64,000 bases of DNA from the human T2T-CHM13v2.0 reference genome, Homo sapiens, in assembly GCF_009914755.1 (NCBI RefSeq), contig NC_060928.1. One strand, written 5' to 3'. Positions 13,277 through 28,368 of this stretch are shown in pieces. Under the pieces are notes generated by a model. That model did no database searches, was not told where the DNA came from, and worked only from the letters and a program-made list of their open reading frames with translations. The position numbers were made by a program, and so were the translations under genes. Position 1 is the stretch's first letter. Every line of letters starts with the position of its first letter.

Positions 13277-14599
13277 TAGCAGAATTTAAAAAAAGAGAAG
13301 TAGTTCAAAATAGACATTTCTTATGACTGTATATTTTTTATGATGGGCTGTCATTAAATATTTAGCCAAAAAAAGAAGTAAAACCATATGAAATTTTAAT
13401 TACTTAAGGAACAATGTCATGTAACATTGGTAGGAGTGGCTACTAGTCTGGAAAATAAGTTTGGGCAGAAATAGTAGACTGTGGCTTAATATTAAGGCTA
13501 CCTGCAAATGCCCCTGTAACATAACTAGTACTGGACAGAATGTAAGAGTTATGAATTTGGGATGACAAACATGGAGACTCAGAATACATTATATGGATTT
13601 TTAGATTAATACAGAAGTTATAGCATGGAATCAGGATCCCTCCTTAGGTAATTGCCCCACTCCTATCCCTCTTCACATTGTCTTATAATTACCTATTAAG
13701 TTAGTTCTCTTTATCCATGGACTGTAAGTTCATCACACGTGAACTTGGTTTTCTTTACTGTGCTTGGTATATAAATAGGGCCTTAATGTATTCTGGCTAG
13801 ATGAGAGATGTGTGACAGGCGAAAAACCAAGCCCGGGGGGGGAAAAAAAAGGTAATTTAGAAAAGAAAATAAACAGAGGGAAATACCGAACAATACAGAT
13901 GGCTCAGCAGAAATTGTAGAAAGCGACATAAATAGATTTTAAGAGCATGACTTTGGGACTAAGATAACCCTGGTTTGATTTTCTTCTCCATGAGAATGAA
14001 GAGCAGATGTAACGGGCTAAAGTGAGTAAGGATAGCAGCACTGAGTAGTGGCATCAGAAAAGCATCTAAGTTTTATTACAAGACAAATTAAACTCAGAAT
14101 ATAACAAGGCTCATTCCTGGGAATAATTTTTTAAAACACAGCTGAGATAGTCATAAAACATGCAGTTATTTTAAATTTAGAAACAAAACCAGGACCTTTA
14201 AAAATTTATGCTTCTCTGATTTTTGTCCTTCCAAAATTAGTCTAGAAATAAGTTTATTGAGAAGTCAGCTGTTTTTAGGCTCTATGTTGACTTTTAATAG
14301 TATCAAACGAATGGTAGGGGAAAAAAATGAAAATACCGGTTATCCTTGTTTGAGGAATCTAGCTTTGGGAGAAAAGTGACAAAATATGCTTAATTTTTTT
14401 CCTTTCATTTTTCAGATGTCGTTTTAGAAAAACACTTAGGGAGGAAAGAATGTGAGTGATTTTTGTTTTCATGCCAGAGCACAGACACTTACGTGACAAT
14501 TGGAGTAAATAAAGTAAGCTTTGACTACTGTTCTCTAATTCATGCGTACCTCTGATATTGACGTGTTAAGGAAAATAACGTATCTGCAGCCCCTTTCCA

Positions 14600-14857
14600 G
14601 AGAGGCACTATGACGTAAGAGTTCAGAGTATGAGCACTGTTATTTCACACACCTGTGTTCATATCCTTGCTTAGCAGGAAGACCCTGGAGAAGTTTTTCA
14701 GTTTCTCTGAAGGCTGCATTCTCATCTGGAAGATGGAGATAATAACTTCCTCATAGGATTGTTGGGATAATTAAATGAGGTAATTCCTGCAAAGGGTTTA
14801 ACACAGTGCCTAATACTAGCAATTGCAAAGAAATATAAATTATTTTGTTATTATTAT
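14600..14857 (+). mobile_element. MIR SINE, near full length
   Basis: MIR core ctcatctggaagatggagataataac...ggattgttgggataattaaatgag...acacagtgcct. Confidence 0.85.
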
Positions 14858-15869
14858 GTAAGCAGATATCACATCAACTGTTAGTCCTCAGACTTGGCAA
14901 CTTACAACTGGCGGAAGGAGAGGAAAGGAAAAAGAGAGAGCAATGTCATAGTAGGTTGTTGTTCTTTTCTATAAATTCATACTGCAAAGAGAAGAAAAGA
15001 CCAGGAGCCTGAGCAGAAGCCCCTAAATATAGCCAAAGTCAAGGTTATTAATAGAGTGTGGGATTGCTAAAGATTAGAATAAATGAATCTAAGACAGAGG
15101 GGACACAGGAAAGAGGAGATATGAGAATCCTCTGTCATTTACCTCCCTGACTTTCCTTTCAGGTGTCTTACAGTAGTGAAACTGGAGAGAGTAAATGAAA
15201 GGAGGGAACTGTTGACAGCAGAGAATCAGAATAGGAAAACTTGGTGTGCCTGTTATGACTCTTCCAAAAGAGCTTCCCTAAGAGCAGAGTCCCAAAGGAG
15301 AAGGCATGAAGCATGATGTTTTAGTTTTGCGCTAACTCCTCTTTCTCTCAGAGTATCTGCTTTTTCATATCAGAGCTGAGTCTTATCAACAATAGTAGCA
15401 ACTTAACATAAATGAACATTCCATAATTAAAAGGACTCCCTTTAATTAAAAATACTGTGCAGACAGGAGGTGCTTCTTAAAGCTTGGAAGATTGATGGAC
15501 GGCGCAAAACCACCTATTAGAACCACAAATAGGGAGCAGAAATTTAAACACTGAAAATTAGAGGAATGTCATTTGTATTTATTAATACTCAACCAATATT
15601 GCATTGAATATCTATATTGTTACAATACTAGGAGTGGAGAATACTAGCAAATTAAAGGTGTTTTATCTTAAAGCACTAAATCATATGTATAGGCACTTAT
15701 AAGGCATTACGTTATAAAATACTAGTTGTATCTTTTAGGTAAAAGGAGCAAATGAAAGTTGAGTGGGATTCACATAGCCTGCAGTCTTCATGATTTCCAC
15801 ATGGAAAGAGAGAATTGGAGCTAGCATTTAAACACTAACATACGTGAGTAAAGATAAAGTGAATGAAAA

Positions 15870-16700
15870 ATTGTAGTGGACTGTAATTTGTTAGCTAAAA
15901 ATTTTAGTATCTATCTATTAAAGTGTTTCTTATGCTGTTGACACTTTAAAGCTAAAAATTTACATTTTCTCAAACCCCAACATCTAAAGTGGGTAGAAGG
16001 AGTTATAGCCACTGGTCTGCTCTCTCTACACTCCCTTCATTTGGAGAACATCACCTGTGGGAAAGAAAAGAAGTCAGGTGACCTGGGTCTATTCTCCTTG
16101 TCAGCTGGACATCCAGGAAAATGGACTAAAAATATTTGGAGAAAGAGACCTTATCTCTGCAATGCTGTCAGCATGATGTGCTGGCAAAGAATAATGAAAC
16201 TTAGTAAACATAACCCTGTATCGGTAAGGCATGGCCATCTGTAAGGAATGCCACACATAAACTATAGAACTATCTGGAGTATAAAATGAAGATGTTTCAG
16301 AATTTAACAATCACTGCTTTATGAGGAATCCCAGAAGCCTCATGTAGGGATAATGCAGGGATATAATCTCTTCTGGCCAGAGCTGCTTGTCAGACATGAG
16401 AAGGAAGAACCTGGGGAACCACCCTTAATGTCTGTTCTCTCTGTGCTTGGTCTGAGGCTTTTCTTGTCTGTCTCCTTGAAATAAGTACTAGGTTACTACT
16501 GAGTAAGGTCTCTGATTCTCGTGAGTCTGCTTTGAGAATCTAAACCAGTGTGCTAGCTCATAGGTTGCTAGATATGATTTGGGCTCCACTAAGCAGATGC
16601 TCTGTAATGAGCCTTCAATTTGTAGTCCATTAAGTCAGGAGAGAGGCAGTGCATTGACAATTATTTTACTAATCCACTTACCACTACAGTTAATGGGAGC
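15870..16700. mobile_element. Old ERVL-type LTR remnant
   Basis: LTR33/LTR41-like start (aagctaaaaatttacattttctcaaac) and LTR-like composition. Family is uncertain. Confidence 0.35.
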
Positions 16701-17344
16701 AAGTTGTGTGCATGGTGGCGGTGAGAGAGTAAAAATCTTGTATGTTTCATAAGAGAGGTAGTGAAAGTGACAGCAAGAAGAGTAAATAACATCAGAAAGG
16801 GAATGTAAAAATTGTTTGAATTCCAGCTTTGTTCTGAGACACAGCAAGCAATTGTTGTTTCTCATTATTTTAAAAGAAATTGTGTCTTTTTGAAGTTACT
16901 CTTGAATTGCTTCAATGACAAATTCATACTCTAGAGGCACCCCATTCCTTGTTTGATGGCTCCAGTTGTTGCACAGTTATATTGATACAGATCTGTCTCC
17001 AAAGAGATTCCAACCAGCAGCCTGCTCCTTGGTGCTAATTTTTATTTTGACTTCAACAACTATCAAATCCATCAAGGTATGCTAGTCACCTGGTTTTTGT
17101 TGTCTTAGTTATTTTAGTAGTTCTCTATATCGTTTTTAAAAGTCTATATTGCATCCTGAGGTCTCTTCCCTGAATGTGCTTAAATTTGGGTAGGCTCCTT
17201 TTTTGAAAATAGATATTAGGTTTCTCTGCAACACAACCACCACCACCAACAGAAAATGGCAAGAAAGGAAATAAAAGAGTAATGAAGGATGAGCCTATAG
17301 ATTAAAATACACTAAAAAGAAAAACTTAACACATAGTAACACAT

Positions 17345-17545
17345 GTACTTTATTTGGATACTGATTCAAATGAGCTGCAAAATTAATTTATATATGAGTT
17401 ATTTGAAAATTTGAACATTAACTGAAAACTTGATGATATTAAGAAATCATTTTTTTTCTAGGTATGATTTTAGTATTTGGATTATGTTTTAAAATTTCTA
17501 ATATTTTAGAGATGCATTCTGAAAAATTTTATAGATTTGTTTCAA
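17345..17545 (+). mobile_element. L1MC/L1ME 3' fragment
   Basis: tttggatactgattcaaa...gaaaatttgaacatt...tgatgatattaagaaat...attttagagatgcattctgaa. Confidence 0.7.
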
Positions 17546-17593
17546 AGTAACTTAGGGTGGTGGTGGTGAGTATATAAATATAAACATATATAT

Positions 17594-17885
17594 GGTTGGG
17601 TGCAGTGGCTCACACCTGTATTCCCAGCACTTTGGGTGAACGAGGCAGGTGCATCACTTGAGGTCATGGATTCAAGACCAGCCTGACCAACATGGCAAAA
17701 GAAACCATCTCTACTAAAAATATAAAACTTAGCGAGGTGTAGTGGTGCACTCTTGTAATCCCACCCACTTGGGAGGCTAAGGCATAAGAATCATTTGAAC
17801 CCATGAGGCAGAGTTTGCGGTGAGCCGTGATTGAGATCGCAGCACTGCACTCCAGCCTGAGCAACAGAGTGAGACTCTATCTCAA
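17594..17885 (+). mobile_element. AluS-type SINE
   Basis: Two-arm Alu consensus. The tail has expanded into a GA-rich repeat. Confidence 0.95.
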
Positions 17886-17992
17886 AAGAAAGAAAAGGGA
17901 AGGAAAGGAAAGGAAAGGAAAGAAAAGGAAAGGAAAGGGGAAGAAAGAAAGAGAAAGGAAAGGAAAGGGGAAGAAAGAAAGAGAAAGAAAGA
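17884..17992. repeat. Polypurine (GGAAA/GAAA)n tract
   Basis: About 108 nt of pure purines, including a duplicated unit of about 30 nt. Confidence 0.92.
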
Positions 17993-18823
17993 CTTTTGTT
18001 AATATTTCAAATTCACCATAATAAAGGCATCATTAAAAAGTTTTAGATGAAATCTCATTAGATAAGGACAGTTTTCTCTCACTAGCTATACGTCTTACTT
18101 CAAGAAAGCAGCTCAAAAATGTGTGTATATATATGTATATTTAGTTAGCCAGTCAAAAGAATGAACAAATAGATAAAAAATATATCACTACAAGTAGAAT
18201 GTACTATTAATAAGAAATCATGGGATTCCATAAATTAATTTATTAGTTATATAAATAAATAATAGTCATCTCTTTTAAAATTTAAACATGGGCAATTGGA
18301 GTTGACTCTGTTTTGGCTATTTCCTTGCTCTTAGCAAAAATAAAAACAGAGTCTTTAGCTTCAACTTAAGATCTTACAGAAAAAGAGAAACAGAACCGTG
18401 ACTAGAGATACTCATTTTTTAAGGAATCAAATTTTATATGAAAGCTATTACATATATAATTTCTAGGGTTACTTCTTAAATCAACCCAGTTTCTGGCATA
18501 AAAATACTTTCACTATAATCACCAGTACTGAAAATGTGGTCCATTTGTGCCCATGAAACTTGCTGCATTTGGCTCTGAGCAAAAGGACACTGGTAGGATA
18601 ACAATTAAAATAAAAGTTAATATTTTATTTACCTTCTTAGTTCTAGGTCAGTTTTCAAACTATAGAAACAGAGCATTATTTAAATATTCCCTCAGATGAC
18701 TAGGGGATCATTCAGTGGCCTCAAGTACTATTTTTTAAAAAACAGTGAATAAAAAGAACATGTATTCACTCCTTCCCTGAAAGTTATATTATTCTTCCAA
18801 GTGGCTTTTTTCAACACAATGAA

Positions 18824-18825
<2 letters not shown>

Positions 18826-18864
<39 letters not shown>
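18826..18864. repeat. (AC)19 microsatellite
   Basis: Directly visible. Confidence 0.97.
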
Positions 18865-18868
<4 letters not shown>

Positions 18869-19769
18869 TAAAATAGGCTAAGTGTAAAAATTATAGAAAA
18901 TATTTATTGCCTATTTTTGAGCACACAAACCAGAAATATGTGTCTTTATTGATGTACTTTCACACCCAGTTGAAATATAGCAAATTATCTTGAAAAACTT
19001 TGATTCTTTCTAAAATACATACAAAAATAGTTATATACAACTTAGTAATTTGACAAGTAGTCTCGAAAATATGATATTCACAGTCTTACCAAGATTTTAA
19101 TGTCCAGTGATTTACTAACTTTGTTGTTTATATAACAAATTAGCCCTAATGTATTCAATATTTGATTGCTTGATATTTTCTCAGTAAGAAGCAGATATAG
19201 TCAATATACATAGATTGCCTAAAATAGGAGTCATTGCCAAGGGTCAAATATTATAAAGGGCAAGCCTCTTTAAAAGCATCCTTTATATCACAGAAATAGA
19301 GAAGGAGTTATTTTTCAGTGGTTGAATGTACAGAATAATTTACAAGATTGAAGTGTATAAAACATTTTATACACTAAAGCTCAATGTGCCCACTTGTGCT
19401 GAATAGCTTATTGTGGCTTGAGCTTCTCATACATTCTCAAACATGACTTAAGGGTGAATGGATTCAATTATCCTACATCTAGAGGCAAATTTCACCTAAA
19501 TGTAATTGCAGGAATCAAGAAAACAATCCAAACTTCTACTGAGATATCTGTAAAAATTCTCACTGAAGGAATCAAGTGATTTTGAATGACACTTATAAAT
19601 ATGCAAAATTTCATCATATTCAAGTATGTTTCAAGCTGTACAATAACACAGGTTTAACTTGAAAAGGAAAACAATGAATGTTATTATTTTCATCATGCCT
19701 TGTATAGGCTATGTTTTTTGGCAATAATTAGATTTCAAGTAAAACAAACTTCACATCATCACATAACCA

Positions 19770-20063
19770 TTTTATTTTAAGACAGAGGTTTCACTCCTGT
19801 CACCCAGACTGGAGTGCAGTGGGCGCGGTCTTGGCTCACTGCAATCACCACCTCCTGGGCTCAAGCAATTCTCCTACCTTAGCCACTCAAGTTGCTGGAA
19901 TTACAGGCTTAAGCCAATGCACCCGGCTAATTTTTGTATTTTTATTAGAGATGGGGTTTCGCCACGTTGGCCAGGCTAGTCTTAAACTCCTGGGCTCAAG
20001 TGATCCACCCGCCTTGGACTCCCAAAGTGCTGGGATTACAGGCATGAACCACTGTGCTGGGCC
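19770..20063 (-). mobile_element. AluJ-type SINE
   Basis: Antisense Alu with the J-type ctcctgggctcaag motif in both arms. Source of ORFs 19819 and 19887. Confidence 0.95.
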
Positions 20064-20414
20064 CCCCCCTTTTTTAATTGTAATAAACAATGGAATCCAG
20101 TTGCAGCAATGTCAGTCATATCTCTGGTCATCTGATGTTTCTCTGGGCTTGGGTGCACATCACATCCGGATGTGTGTTTCATTCTTATTTCCATTGAGAT
20201 ATAGATAGGTTTCTCTACCAGACAGTTCCTGCTTCGCCATAATAGCAGTTTTATTTTGGTTTTGCATTTTGGGGGCATTAATTCTGACCCAAATTCTATA
20301 CATCAAACTCTAATGTCAACCAAGATCTGTTTCTGTGTCATAAATCCAATTCCCAGAAAGAGGATCTGATTGGCGCAGCTTTGGGTAACTGTTTCCAGCA
20401 TACACTTCTCCTTT

Positions 20415-21292
20415 GAATTACAGTCTTACATACCCGACTGCCTATTGCGCACATCCACTTAGATGTCAAATAGGCTTTAAAATGTAAAATGACCAAATTT
20501 CAATGACGATTTTCCTTAGAGTCATGTTTGATTCTTTTTTTTTTTTAACCTATATGCAATTCAAGAACTATTCCATTTAGCTTTACTTTTAAATATACTC
20601 AGAAAATAATGTCTGCTCGGTACTTCAGCACTACTGTCTAGGCCAAACCATCATGTACTCCTGCCTGGATTATTCATCTCTTTGCATCTGCCCATGCCAC
20701 CTACGGTTTATACTCAGTACAAAAAGTAGAATCATCTTTTAAAAATTTAGATCATGTCACTTCTCTGGTCAGGTTTCCTATCTCACTTGTAGTAAAATAA
20801 AAAGGCTTTGCAATGATCTACATGGTTCTGTATTACCTACTTTCAACCCATTACCTTTCTGATCTTTTAACATTTTGTTCTTTATGTTACTCACTTGGCT
20901 CCAGCAATACAGACTTTTTGCTTTTTCTCACATGTGCCAGGTACATTCTCAACTGTGTGGTCTTTCCTCCTGACTTAAATGTTCTTCCCTGAGATGGCTG
21001 CATGGCTCACTCCCTCACTCTCTCCAACTCTTTGTTTAAACATTGTCTTCTCAATGAGGCTTTTTCTGACTATCTAAAATTGAAATTCCTCTCCCAATAT
21101 TCCCTAAGCTTGCTCCACAGTTTAAATTTCTCTTAAGAAATTATCCTCATCTAACATTCTATATATTTTACTATATGTTTATTATATCCCTCTATTCCTT
21201 TGACATCTCACCAGAATGTAAGCTTCATGAACAAACAGATTTTTGTCAATTGTGTCCTAAACCAGGCTTCCAAATAAATGTTTGTTAAATAA
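20415..21292 (+). mobile_element. L2 (L2a-like) 3' part
   Basis: gactgcctattg..acatccacttagatgtc; gatcatgtcacttctctg; tgcatggctcactccctcac; agaatgtaagcttcatga; aataaatgtttgttaaat. Confidence 0.85.
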
Positions 21293-21990
21293 CTTGTCCA
21301 CGTAGGACCCAATCAACCATTCCTGTTCAGTGGAGGGCCATAGGAAGAGGAGGTTTACGAAGAAAAGGATGTCATGGAAAGAGAAAATAATTACTCTCAT
21401 ATAGGCATATATTGTTATTTATTTCCAAAATAAAAGAAATAATGCTCAGTATCGCTCAATGATTTACTTAGCATTATATAACTAATTAGTGTTAGAAAGT
21501 AAATTGAAGTCCCGCACACTCAAGTTCATAGTTCTTTTAGTGATTTTATAGCCATAGCTTCATATGACCAGAGGTGTGTTAGTAAAGAGATTCAAAGTCA
21601 TCACATTTCAATATAGCTCTAAAGCCAACTTGTTAATTGGAAAATTGCTAGATTATCATTATATCCCAGTGATTTTCCTATTAGTTTACTATTTGAGGTC
21701 ATATGAATTATCTATTTAATAACAGAAATTTGGGGCAAATTGGGCCATGATATCCTTCCTGACCTCAGGTCAATATATTTCATCTTCACCTACAAGTTTA
21801 AAAACATATACCACAAGAATTGTTCAATTAAAATGCTTCTGAAGTCTACATTACCAGTGATGTGTTCTTAAGTTTTGTGGTAGTCAAAGGACCTGCTAAT
21901 GTCTGATATTCTATTGTCATGGATACTGACAGGCTGAAGCTGTCAGGTTGGGAACATTTGCCATTATTTCTGATGAAAATAATGAGAATT

Positions 21991-22327
<337 letters not shown>

Positions 22328-23226
22328 TCAAAAACATAATACAATGGACCCACACATTTGTGAATGGGTTGATTCCAAAACAACTATTTAAAAAGAGTTA
22401 TAGCTATATTGCAGAAAGCATACTGCCACTTTAAAGAATCTAAGTTAAGATAAAGAGAAACTTTAATTGCACCAAGACCAAATGAGTCTCAGAAGTTTTG
22501 ATTCAAATTACTAAAGTTTGGGGAAAATAAAGTTAACTGATAATGAGATTGAATATTTGAATTGCATCTTTAAAAATATCACATCTTAAACTTTTTTTTT
22601 TTTCAGTTCAATGATTCACTATTGCTCTGCCAAGTTTCTTTCTCTTAGGAAAACATCACTAATTAGAAATGAGGCATATTTCATGAAGAAAATATTATTT
22701 TTCTGTTCTTAACAACATGTTTCACTTTTTATTTCATTGGCTATATTGAAGAGTTAGAAGGAAATTGTATTGCCTTAAAAATCAAGACATTATTTTTATT
22801 TATATGTATAATTAGACTATTTAGATGAATTGATTTTCTTAATGTGCTGTGCTTAAGAAACTAGTTAGAAAATTAATCCAATAGATTTTTTTGACCAAAT
22901 TCCAGTCAGATTCAAGAGAGGTTTCTCAATATTAAAGTGGAAAAAAACAGTCTTTTTTCCCATTTTTAAGCACCATTTTTAAGAACTGAGAATTTGTCAT
23001 AGAGCATATTAGTGCTATAATAGACTAACAGCTATGAGTCTTTCATCTCTTAGGAGCTGAAATTTATTTCCTAGCTCATTATATCCTAGGACAGGAAGGA
23101 AGGAAGGAAAGAAGAAAGAGAGGGAGGGAGGAAGAGATAAAAAGAAATGGCAATCAAGAAAGGCAGAGCCCATGCTTACTAAAGATTTTTAAATTTGATA
23201 AGCTTGGAATTGATGATAAAATATAA

Positions 23227-23603
<377 letters not shown>

Positions 23604-23619
23604 TGGATTTTTCTTTTAG

Positions 23620-25149
<1,530 letters not shown>

Positions 25150-26994
25150 ATAATGCTTAATAATGATAAACATCTTTTCATGTGGGCCTTACTAGATTTT
25201 TGAAAAGTATATTGAACCATATTTTAAAAGCCCTGTGGATTTTCTTTTTCAAAGATATGCATCCAATACCAAAAATTTTGGTCAAGGGATTTATAAGCCA
25301 AAACATTTTTACTCCTTAAAGCTCAATTTTCATACATAAAACTCCTAGAGAAATAAAATTTAGATGTTTTTAGACTCATGGAAAGAAGAATTCGAAATTG
25401 TAGATGTCAGAAATCTTTTTTAATTGGTTCTGGAGTCCTTTTTCCATGTTTTGAAAAAAATATTATATATGTAAAAGTTTAGTTCAAACAGCTATTTTGA
25501 GGAGCCTGGTTCTCTAGGAGGTGAGAAGCTGTCCCAGTTTTCCCCTCCAATCCAACAAAGCACCATGTGAGGATAAATAGATTTTCAGGGCAACACTCAG
25601 AATCTGCATTAGGAGTGGACCTCTTTCTCAGACAGTCATGAGAAATCTTGAGGCTTTAACTTTGGCTTTTAAACATCTTCCTAGATACCTGCAAAGTAGG
25701 AGCTAATAGCAGTCATAATAATGGGTGCATAAAAGCAAATTATAATTATTGGTTTAATAATCAACAGTTAATAAGCAAATGGGTATTTTAGTAGAATATG
25801 TTCTGCCGATAATGGAAATTGATTTTTTTAAAAAGAAATAAATTGATAACCACAAACTTAATTGAACAGAAAAATCTAAACATTATTAATTAACTTGGAA
25901 GAAATATATTCCAAATAAGCTATAGATTGGATAATTAGAAGTTGTTAGTGATAAGAAATTTTTCCTCACCAATCTCATTTTGCTTACTGCTTTTAATGTG
26001 ATGAGCCTAAAGTGAAACAACATCCTAAATCATAAATAGAAAGAATTGTCTTCCTTTCATTCTTTGAAAGATGATAGTTCATTCTGACTCTCCAGTAAAA
26101 GAAGTCTTATCAAATAAAAATGATTAAAAATAAACATCAAAAAAGATAAAACATGAATTTAACATTTATCATTTCACATTTCTGTCAGTAGCATGGCCAA
26201 TTGTCTACAGTAGAGGTTCCTAGTGGGAGAAGTTAGGGAACTAAGCCCATTAAAATTTCTAATGCACTTAGGATGTAACCGTAGTGTATCTAACAAAATC
26301 ATATATTATGATGGTAAAATTTTCATTTAAAAATTATGCTTTTCTGAGACCATTGTCTTTAGTGTCTGAAGGAATATAATATATGTTTTAAATATTACTG
26401 TGCTTTTTTAAATTATTTTTTGTAGACTCTCTTGACAGAAGTCCAGTTTAACACAGAATTCTCAGCCGTATTTTACCTTTGCCTCTATGTTTATGTTATC
26501 TCTGAAGTGGGAATATCTCATGTGTGTGTGAATACACAACAATGTTTGTCTTGGATTTCCATAGAACATAGCGAGAATTGTGAAATCCATGTGTATTTCC
26601 GGAGTGAGGGAGAGGAGCCTCCTAAATTATGTTGACTTCGTTTCTCACCTTGTTGTCATTAGAGTCCAATAACAATACAAGTATGTAAGTTCTCCTACCT
26701 AGCAGAAAAAAATTTGCTGCGTGATACCGATGTATTTATGGATCCAATTTAGGTTACTACCTTTAATAATTCCCTGTTAGTGTGTAGTGTGCAAGATGAG
26801 TTATCCCAGTTTTCCCAAGATCATTCAGATTATGAAGCCATATATTAAGTGGGACAAAATCCCTGTGGCTTCTATTCTGTGGCAAAGTGTATACAAATGA
26901 GGAATTGAAAAAACTCTTTTTTTTTGCATTTTTAAAAAATATATAGATTGAAGTGCTTTAGAAGTAAAGAGACAAACTAGAAATAAACAATAAA

Positions 26995-27215
26995 TATAAT
27001 AGCTAATATTTATTGACCGGGCCCTGCTTTTAGCCTTTTCATGCCATAGATGAATCCTTTGATCCTCAAAAACACATCTGAGAAACATTCTATCATTATC
27101 CTCATTTTATGGATGCAGAAATGGAGGCTTAGCCTGCTTAAGTTACTTACCAAAGGTGAGAGAGCAAAGAAATCAAGATTTAAACCCACGTATATCCGAT
27201 TCTTGAGCAAAAGTG
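26995..27215 (-). mobile_element. MIR SINE
   Basis: atagctaatatttattga...ttatcctcattttatggatgcagaaatggaggcttag...ttaccaaaggt. Confidence 0.8.
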
Positions 27216-28057
27216 TTTCCTACTTTATCATATTAAAATTTTTCACAATACTTCAGAAACAAACTCTAAATTAAATTGTAATAGAAATACTTTCATTGAG
27301 TACTGTTGATTCAACATAAAAATAACTTTAGGGAAAAAATTTTAAAGCATATTTTATGCCAACCAGCAGGTACATAGAATCTGTCAAATTAAAACTAGGT
27401 AGTAAAATCATTTTTCTTTCAAATTTTATCACTACCCATTTAAAGTTGTCATTGCTCCTTTATAATAAAATTATTTTTTTCTAAACTACCATTAACTAGT
27501 AGTTTTAGCAACTGCAAACATTTTATAAGTACAGCTGTTTACAATGATTACTTTTTCTATATGTTAATGCTATACAGTCATTTACCCTTAAAGTATTTAC
27601 AAAAGACTCAAAATTAAAAATAAAAAACTACTATTTGTCATTTTTAAACATTGATTTTTCAGTTCTTTACCCTTAGCTTGTACCTTTAATTTCTCTCTCT
27701 TTGCTACCTTCGTCCTTCAGTCTATAGCTATCGTATGGTTTTACTCAACTTGAAAAAAAAAAAACATATAAGCTAGTGAGCAAGTAACCATTCCTTAAAG
27801 CTGTGCTCTTCCATGGCTTCTATTATAGATTCTCCCTTACTAATCATCCTTAAAGTGAAAGCTACTGTATCCTCTTTGTCACTCTCTATTCACTTTTCAA
27901 CCCACTGTCATGGGACTCTGCCCCATCTGTCCAGGTTACCACAGCAGTGTCACGTTCACCAGATACTTAGAGTCCTCATCTTAACTAACACTCTCTCACA
28001 CTCAAACTGAGGATCATTTTTTTTATATTTAGTGCTTATATTGTTTTCCTTGAAAAT

Positions 28058-28060
<3 letters not shown>

Positions 28061-28091
<31 letters not shown>

Positions 28092-28368
28092 CCAGAGAGA
28101 GGAATCTTGCTCTGCTTCTCAGGCTGGAGTACAGTGATGCAATCACAGCTCACTGTAACTTGAACTCCTGGGCTCAAGGGATCCTCCTACCTCAGCCTCC
28201 TGACTAGCTGGAACTACAGGAACGTGCCAATACATCCAGCTAATTTTCTGCAGAGAGAGGATCTCTCTATGTTGCCCAGGCTGGTCTTAAACTCCTGACC
28301 TCAAGTGATCCTCCTGCCTCGGCCTCCCAAAGTGCTAGGATTACACTTGTGAGCCACCACACACAGCC
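28061..28368 (-). mobile_element. AluJ-type SINE with T31 tail
   Basis: Antisense Alu, poly(T) at 28061-28091, cttgaaaa on both flanks. Confidence 0.95.

Noticed and set aside
17445-17470. Recursive splice site (tttttttctag|gtatga), with similar AG|GT motifs near 4300, 15740 and 52443
   Set aside because: Such motifs are expected by chance in AT-rich DNA, this one lies in an old L1, and none regenerates a full GTAAGT donor. Saw-tooth RNA-seq coverage would be needed.
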